A stretch of DNA of 50,705 nucleotides, taken from assembly GCA_964435875.1 (NCBI GenBank), contig CAYTAV010000002.1, positions 1 to 50,705 of the forward strand, in the 5' to 3' direction. The DNA is from an uncultured Gammaproteobacteria bacterium. GTDB lineage: Bacteria > Patescibacteriota > Patescibacteriia > Patescibacteriales > CAYTAV01. Below the pieces are notes generated by a model that was not told the origin of the DNA, ran no database searches, and saw nothing but the letters and a program-made list of their open reading frames with translations. The stretch's first letter is position 1. Each line of letters begins with the position of its first letter. Positions 45,317 through 50,705 of this stretch are shown here, in pieces. The position numbers were made by a program, and so were the translations under genes.

Positions 45317-46396
45317 ATGAAGCTGGAGCATGATATCATCAGCCAGTTAGGAGACCTCTATATATTCGGGGCAGGCGGATACATGGGCAGGTTTTATGTG
45401 TCTGCCTTGTTAGAGCTTGGAATTCCTGTTGAAAAGATCGTGGCGATCGAGGTCAATTCAGACCGTTTGATGAGCGTTGTAGAAGCATTCGGCTTAACAC
45501 GGTTCTATCCAGAGCTTTCCCGGTCAATAATCGAGCCAAGGCGGCGAAACTGCGCAATTATCTGCGTTAATACGCCGGCTCACCTTAAAGTTATCGAGGA
45601 ATGCTATAACGCCTGGTTGCGCCGCATATTCGTCGAAAAGCCGCTCGTGCAGTCAGTAAAAGAGCTCGAACCGTTGTTTTCAATGAGTAGCCTCCAGCTC
45701 TATACCGCTTATTTGATCAACTTTTCCGGAATCGTAAGAGAACTGCATGTGATGATCAGGAAGAATAACTGGTTAGTGTTGCAAGCAAGGGCGGTCTGGG
45801 GCAAGAATTGGTGTTCGGTGAATAGGCCGATGGGAGGCGATCTTGAAGAGGAGATGCCTCATCCGTTGGCACTGATTCTATCAACGATCAGCACGAACCA
45901 GAAGATCGACAGGGTCAACTCTTTTGCCGCACTTACTCGGATACCTTTCGTTCAACCCCATCTGCTGAAAGAAGCTGAAGAAATCGGCGTATATTACGTG
46001 AACTTGAACGATTCAAGCCTGATCAATCTTGAGGTTGTCGATGGGAGCCGGACCATCAATGCTCATCTGCTTAGCTCGTTCAATATGTTCGAACAGCTGC
46101 GCAGAGTTGAATTCAGTTTCACAAGCGACAGAAATGACCTGTTTCCGGAATATAAAGCCTGTCTCGATTTTGATGTGCGAGGAGCTGATATTTTGCGGGT
46201 CAAGCATGCGATCTTGGAAAAAACAAGCGAAATAATGATCAAGAACGAGAATAAGCTCTTGATCCAGCTAAGAGAAGCATTGCTGGCGTTTGCCGGGAAC
46301 GAACCGGATTCAAGGCTGATAGGGCTCGAACATTCCGCCAATCTCGTGAGAATAATCGATGAGGCTGGACAACAAACAAATCATATACCGGATTAA
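45317..46396 (+). CDS. Gfo/Idh/MocA-like NAD(P)-dependent oxidoreductase
   Basis: Rossmann motif IFGAGGYMG, followed by ...VNTPAHLKVIEECYNAWLRRIFVEKPL (EKP motif). ATG after GGGAGGGG. Confidence 0.65.
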   Translation: MKLEHDIISQLGDLYIFGAGGYMGRFYVSALLELGIPVEKIVAIEVNSDRLMSVVEAFGLTRFYPELSRSIIEPRRRNCAIICVNTPAHLKVIEECYNAWLRRIFVEKPLVQSVKELEPLFSMSSLQLYTAYLINFSGIVRELHVMIRKNNWLVLQARAVWGKNWCSVNRPMGGDLEEEMPHPLALILSTISTNQKIDRVNSFAALTRIPFVQPHLLKEAEEIGVYYVNLNDSSLINLEVVDGSRTINAHLLSSFNMFEQLRRVEFSFTSDRNDLFPEYKACLDFDVRGADILRVKHAILEKTSEIMIKNENKLLIQLREALLAFAGNEPDSRLIGLEHSANLVRIIDEAGQQTNHIPD

Positions 46397-46410
46397 AAGT
46401 CCGGTTTTTA
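46387..46410 (+). terminator. Intrinsic terminator overlapping the stop codon
   Basis: accgga (46387-46392) / tccggt (46400-46405) + tttt. Confidence 0.45.
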
Positions 46411-46518
46411 TTTGGGTAAACCGCAAAAGAGCTCGATGCGATCGGTGAAGGAAATGATATTTTATTGTTTATGCAGGAAATGATAAAATAATCATAGAGT
46501 GCAAGATATGGATCAATT

Positions 46519-47379
46519 ATGAAAAAAACAAGAGTTTTAAACATGAAAGACAAAAAGCAGGAAAACGGCGATTCCGGAGCAGCTGGCATCAATTGCGTCA
46601 AAGGTCTCAATCAGCCGAAGCCCGGTTCGCATAAGGGGCAGAATGGCAAGATACTGATCGTCGGCGGAAGTGCGCTATACCACGGTGCCCCGCTTTTAGC
46701 CGCTTCTATCGCATCGCGGATCTGCGATCTTGTTTACTTTTCGTCCATCCCGGAAAATAATGAGCTTGCCAAACGCTTGAAATCACGTTTATTCGAATGC
46801 ATCGTCGTTCCCCTAGCTGAAATACGCAAATTTATCGGTAAATGCGACGTAATCCTGGTCGGGCCGGGTCTCGGCACCGGCAAGGAAGAACAGCGGCTGG
46901 TGAACGGGCTAATAAAAGAGAATCCGGAACGCCGTTTCGTACTCGATGCTGATGCGCTGGTTATCCTGCGCAAGTCGCTTTTAAATAAAAATCATATCGT
47001 GACGCCGCATAAGCGGGAATTCAAGGCCCTATTCGGCATCGCGCCATCGCGCGAAGCTGTTGAAAAGATGGCAAAAAAATATAAATGTACGGTGCTCCTG
47101 AAAGGCCGTGTCGATATTATTGCATGGGCGGACGGATCAAGGATCAATAAGACGGGTAATCCCGGCATGACTAAGGGCGGGACAGGGGATGTGCTGGCCG
47201 GGCTGGTTGCCGCCCTCTATGCAAAAAACGGGGCGCCTGAATCCGCAACTGCCGGAGCGTATCTGAACGGCCTGGCAGGCGATCGTTTATTCGGAAAAGT
47301 GTCGTTCCACTACAGGGCATCCGACCTCGTGCGAGAAATTCCCAAGGCGATCAGATGGTGTCAGGAGCAGAAAGCTTGA
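46519..47379 (+). CDS. nnrD: ADP/ATP-dependent NAD(P)H-hydrate dehydratase (YjeF C-terminal domain type)
   Basis: HKGQNGKILIVGGS..YHGAPLLAA, DADAL, TPH..EF, GNPGMTKGGTGDVLAGLVAAL. Confidence 0.88.
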   Translation: MKKTRVLNMKDKKQENGDSGAAGINCVKGLNQPKPGSHKGQNGKILIVGGSALYHGAPLLAASIASRICDLVYFSSIPENNELAKRLKSRLFECIVVPLAEIRKFIGKCDVILVGPGLGTGKEEQRLVNGLIKENPERRFVLDADALVILRKSLLNKNHIVTPHKREFKALFGIAPSREAVEKMAKKYKCTVLLKGRVDIIAWADGSRINKTGNPGMTKGGTGDVLAGLVAALYAKNGAPESATAGAYLNGLAGDRLFGKVSFHYRASDLVREIPKAIRWCQEQKA

Positions 47380-47438
47380 ACTCTTATGAATAATGTGCTA
47401 ACATAAGAACAATATTTAATTTTATAATAAAAAAGTTT

Positions 47439-48227
47439 ATGAGGCTAATTATCAAAATTGCCGGCCTGTTAATAATTCCAGCGCTTGTATTTATCAATTT
47501 CCAAAACGCCTTAGCAGGAAATAGCTCAATTATTACTGACGGGGATATTCCTGAACAGGCTGGGTTATATTCGGTAAAGGGCAGTGACCGGATCAAGGTG
47601 CGCGTATTCGTTCATAAAGTCAAGCAAGCCAAACCCGGACCTTTGACAAAACCATCGCTCATATGCGGGTTGGATGATCCTGATGCGGCTGAACCGGTAT
47701 CAGCGGCTGGTTGGCATCTGCCAGAGGCGTTTACCTACAGCCTAAATCCCTATAGTGCGCCTTCTACTGTCGGATCCCGCAATTTTGTCAGCCTGACTGA
47801 AACCAGCTTCGCGGCTTGGAGCGCATCCAGCGGGATCAAGTTCAATCGCGGCAGTGATTACCTTTCGTCCAGAGCGAAGTATGATGGCAAGAATTTAGTG
47901 GCATACGGTACAGCTTCAAGATCGGTCCTGGGAATAACTTATATCTGGTATGATCAGGTTAGCGGGCGGGTGTTGGAGCTCGATACTCTTTTGAACAAGC
48001 GTTTTTCCTGGAGCTGGACGCCATACTCAAGCTCTCTTTGCGCGGATAACCGGTCTTATGATGCACAGAATATAATGATGCATGAGATCGGACATTGGAT
48101 GGGTCTCGATGATGAATACGAGAATATCTATCATGACCATACGATGTATGGGTACGGTGATATCGGTGAGATAAAGAAGGATTCCCTGACTTCTGGTGAT
48201 ATCGCAGGTTTACGCTCGATATATTAA
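47439..48227 (+). CDS. Secreted metzincin zinc protease (matrixin/snapalysin-like, Asp as third ligand)
   Basis: Signal peptide. HEIGHWMGLDD (HExxHxxGxxD), a downstream Met-turn candidate HTMYGY, SGDIAGL. Confidence 0.75.
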   Translation: MRLIIKIAGLLIIPALVFINFQNALAGNSSIITDGDIPEQAGLYSVKGSDRIKVRVFVHKVKQAKPGPLTKPSLICGLDDPDAAEPVSAAGWHLPEAFTYSLNPYSAPSTVGSRNFVSLTETSFAAWSASSGIKFNRGSDYLSSRAKYDGKNLVAYGTASRSVLGITYIWYDQVSGRVLELDTLLNKRFSWSWTPYSSSLCADNRSYDAQNIMMHEIGHWMGLDDEYENIYHDHTMYGYGDIGEIKKDSLTSGDIAGLRSIY

Positions 48228-48244
48228 ATAGGATATTTGCTTGG

Positions 48245-48278
48245 AAAAAGGCCGGTTAAAGGAAGCCGGCCTTTTTAT
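48245..48278 (+). terminator. Strong intrinsic terminator
   Basis: aaaaaggccgg (48245-48255) / ccggccttttt (48266-48276). Confidence 0.75.
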
Positions 48279-48311
48279 TTATCAGGTTTTTTATTGCTAA
48301 TTAAACTATTA

Positions 48312-48340
48312 TTGCATAATTTATGAAAATATTGCATAAT
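48312..48340 (+). promoter_or_regulatory. Candidate promoter (TTGCAT - 17 nt - CATAAT) built from two copies of attgcataat
   Basis: attgcataat at 48311-48320 and 48331-48340. The first copy supplies a -35-like hexamer and the second a -10-like hexamer. Confidence 0.4.
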
Positions 48341-48391
48341 ACAGTATCGTGTAACAACATTAGGGAAAATGTGTAATAATAAATAAGAGAT

Positions 48392-48889
48392 ATGTCTGAA
48401 CATGGCGAATTCATGAGTTATTACAATTTATATGCTGACAAGATTTTCACGTTTATCCTGTACCGCGTGAATTTTAATCGTGCAGTTGCCGAAGATCTAA
48501 CGCAGGAAATATTCATCAAGGCCTTTACTAAGTTCGAAACATACGATCGTACCCGTCAGTTTTCAGCCTGGATCTTTACTATCGCTCGCAACCATCTCCT
48601 GAATTATTATCGCGACCGCAAAGAAGAGTATGAATTATCTGAAATTCATGCGTCTCCTTATAATGCAGCCGACCGGCTCGATGTAAAGATGGAAAGCGAG
48701 GCTTTGCTAGCCAGGATAAGAGAGATGGAACCTTATTCACGGGACGTTCTTTTGATGCGGTATGTCGATGGATTGTCCCATGGCGAGATCGCAGAAGTCC
48801 TTGGAAAAGAGGAAGGAGCCGTAAGAACCCAGCTTTCAAGGGCGCTGAAAAAATTAAAAGCCGAAGCTATGGATAGCAAATCCGGATGA
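48392..48889 (+). CDS. ECF-type (group 4) sigma-70 factor
   Basis: Region 2: DLTQEIFIKAF...FSAWIFTIARNHLLNYYR. Region 4: LLMRYVDGLSHGEIAEVLGKEEGAVRTQLSRALKKL. Confidence 0.88.
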   Translation: MSEHGEFMSYYNLYADKIFTFILYRVNFNRAVAEDLTQEIFIKAFTKFETYDRTRQFSAWIFTIARNHLLNYYRDRKEEYELSEIHASPYNAADRLDVKMESEALLARIREMEPYSRDVLLMRYVDGLSHGEIAEVLGKEEGAVRTQLSRALKKLKAEAMDSKSG

Positions 48890-50085
48890 AAAGCAATAAT
48901 ATGGAACAGTTCGAAAGACAACTGAATAATCTGCCCAAATACAAGCTGACATTCAAGTCGAAGCTGATTACGAGATTCAAGCTCTATCGGCTTATGTTGG
49001 GCGCTAATTACCCTATACCAGCACTTGCTTCGCCTTATTTGCGTTACACGGCTCTCTCCGCAATATTATTGTTGGCAGTTTTGGGGCCGGTTTTCGCTTA
49101 TTCGAGTGCAAGCGTCATTCCTGGCTCCGTGCTGTATCCGATCAAGAGGTCTATCGAGAAAATTGAGCTTTCATTCGCCAACACCCCCGAAAAGCAGGTA
49201 ACCCTGCTCGCAATGTTCGCGGAAAAGAGGCTCAAAGAAGCTGAATATGCCGCATCCGGCGATCCAGGGGAAGCATCAGTTCCAGCCAGGATCAGGGCGG
49301 TCGAGGATGCAAGGCAAGATCTTGATTCAGCCCGCGAGATCGCAACTGGCGCTTATCATTTTACAGCATCAGGAACTATCGCGGAAAATATCGTTGAAGC
49401 GGAGAAGACTGCTGATGTAAGGATTTCCGAGCTCGCTCGCGATGTCAGCCTCGAATCAGACAGCGATCAAATCGAACGGATCGCGATGCTCTTCATGAGA
49501 TCGAATGCAACTTCTACGCAAGCGGTAGAAGGATCGGACGCTGAAAATTCAAATCACCTAAGGAGAAAGCCGGGTGATACGAGCGAGCAGAGCGAAAGAG
49601 GCGGGTCCTTTGCGTCTTCCTCGGATAAGCGGATACCTATTGATAAAGACAATAAGCCAGGCAAGAATAAAGAATCCAGCGCCCAGAATCTTAATAATCA
49701 TGATCGGATCGAGAAAAAAACAAGCGCCATCAGGCGGAGGGTTGAGACGTTGAAAGTCGAAGTCAAAGCCTTGAAGGCGAGCACATCAAAGATAGTCGTG
49801 CCGGGATCAGCAAGCTCGGTATTCATACGCATCGAGGAGAAACTCAAGAAGACCGAAGAAGCGATTGAAAAAGGCGACCCAGGAACCGCGGCCGAATATA
49901 TCGAAAAGTCGGCGGCACTCACAAATTTTACGAAGTTGAAACTGGAAAATATCAAGGCTTCCTCCAGTACTGAAAAAATCCAGCTTAGGGAAGATAAAGA
50001 TAGGCCGAAAAGGGAGTATAAAGACGGACAATCGGCATCGGAGGCTAAGCAGCTTTTCGAGCGAGTGTTCGGAGGCAAGAAATGA
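48886..50085 (+). CDS. Single-pass membrane protein with a DUF5667-like extracytoplasmic domain (putative cognate anti-sigma/partner)
   Basis: ATGA overlap with the sigma gene. TM ALSAILLLAVLGPVFAY then PGSVLYPIKRSIEKIEL. Long helical Lys/Glu-rich tail. Confidence 0.65.
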   Translation: MKSNNMEQFERQLNNLPKYKLTFKSKLITRFKLYRLMLGANYPIPALASPYLRYTALSAILLLAVLGPVFAYSSASVIPGSVLYPIKRSIEKIELSFANTPEKQVTLLAMFAEKRLKEAEYAASGDPGEASVPARIRAVEDARQDLDSAREIATGAYHFTASGTIAENIVEAEKTADVRISELARDVSLESDSDQIERIAMLFMRSNATSTQAVEGSDAENSNHLRRKPGDTSEQSERGGSFASSSDKRIPIDKDNKPGKNKESSAQNLNNHDRIEKKTSAIRRRVETLKVEVKALKASTSKIVVPGSASSVFIRIEEKLKKTEEAIEKGDPGTAAEYIEKSAALTNFTKLKLENIKASSSTEKIQLREDKDRPKREYKDGQSASEAKQLFERVFGGKK

Positions 50086-50169
50086 CGAAGTGCTCGCTGT
50101 TCGTTGCTGTCTGCGGCTGTTGGAAGGAAGATGCCGCAATCATAGCAGATATTCTATCGCTTGCGATAC

Positions 50170-50202
50170 AAAACACCCCTGCAACCTGCAGGGGTGTTTT
50201 TT
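50170..50202. terminator. Bidirectional intrinsic terminator between convergent genes
   Basis: aaaacacccctgca (50170-50183) / tgcaggggtgtttt (50187-50200): 14-bp perfect stem, 3-nt loop. Confidence 0.8.
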
Positions 50203-50213
50203 GGCCGCATTTT

Positions 50214-50636
50214 TCAGTAACCGGCGATCTTTCGGGGAGATGCGTCTGAAGGATCCTCGGTCTCGTATTCGATCTCAAATATCCGGCCGTCGCTATAGTA
50301 TTTAAATCTGTAGATGTCTTGGTTGAGAGGATCAACGGGCATTTCGCTCAAATAAGGGATTCCAGGTTCTTTCATCAGAGCATTTTCTAGTTCGCTCCAG
50401 CCATCGGACGTCGCTTTACGGGAAGCCGTCAATGGGAATGAACCGCGGTCGAGCGAATACATATAGATCGCGTTGCGCACTTCGTGCAAGTTCGCTTTGC
50501 GCTGGGCGTCGCGCGCCGCAGGCAAAACATCATCCATCTTAGCGACTGCGACGCTAGCGATCGACCCGATGATGCCGATAGCGACCATCAGTTCCGTTAG
50601 GCTAATGCCAGCCTGGCTTTTGAATTCATTTAGCAT
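50214..50636 (-). CDS. Type IV pilin / pseudopilin with a prepilin N-terminal cleavage-methylation motif
   Basis: MLNEFKSQAG|ISLTELMVAIGIIGSIASVAV (Gly-1, Glu+5), then ARDAQRKANL as in GspG/PilE-like pilins. Confidence 0.88.
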   Translation of the reverse strand: MLNEFKSQAGISLTELMVAIGIIGSIASVAVAKMDDVLPAARDAQRKANLHEVRNAIYMYSLDRGSFPLTASRKATSDGWSELENALMKEPGIPYLSEMPVDPLNQDIYRFKYYSDGRIFEIEYETEDPSDASPRKIAGY

Positions 50637-50705
50637 AATAAATTATAGTTATTTTGAGCATGAACTATATTTTTTAGCATATTAAATAAGATTTGTCAAT
50701 ATTTG

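Noticed and set aside
1-50705. CRISPR arrays, IS elements/transposases, integrases, reverse transcriptases, toxin-antitoxin pairs, rRNA, alternative genetic code (UGA recoding)
   Set aside because: No regularly spaced repeats were seen, and no ORF has the corresponding catalytic motifs. Conserved genes (trxA, mscL, permease paralog 3, the sigma factor) terminate at TGA at normal lengths, so the standard code 11 fits.

Overview
50.7-kb fragment with about 50 protein genes and one tRNA. It most likely comes from a small-genome Patescibacteria/CPR-type bacterium. That is an inference from the compact housekeeping proteins, the many secreted proteins with calcium-binding (thrombospondin type 3-like) repeats, a giant surface protein and a type IV pilin. 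The standard genetic code applies, since conserved genes end at TGA/TAA/TAG at the expected lengths. All calls come from reading motifs in the supplied translations and the DNA; no database search was possible.

Contents, left to right:
- 5'-truncated giant Ig-like/beta-sandwich surface protein
- trxA-mscL
- secreted and anchored proteins
- M16 peptidase
- UvrD-type helicase fused to a Cas4/AddB-type nuclease
- DciA-like DUF721
- amidohydrolase
- rtcB on the minus strand
- a patch of small orphan secreted proteins
- a very short alaS
- a consensus promoter driving infA-rpmJ-rpsM-rpsK-rpsD-rpoA-rplQ-rplM-rpsI
- a Wzx flippase + GT4 + GT2 glycan cluster
- four tandem ABC-2-type permease paralogs followed by more membrane proteins
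- tRNA-Tyr with an adjacent AT-rich islet
- Gfo/Idh/MocA oxidoreductase, NAD(P)HX dehydratase, metzincin protease
- an ECF sigma / DUF5667 pair
- a prepilin

I saw no rRNA, CRISPR array, transposase, integrase, reverse transcriptase or recognisable defence genes, and I cannot point to a clearly novel multi-gene system.

The observations most worth follow-up are:
- RpoA without an alpha-CTD.
- A perfect 24-bp duplication of the rpsI 3' end around a 65-nt insert.
- Four ATPase-less tandem permease paralogs.
- An abrupt GC-composition junction inside the second permease gene.
- A promoter plus double-terminator leader in front of a tiny Cys-containing ORF downstream of rtcB.
- A roughly 50-aa module shared by two secreted proteins.
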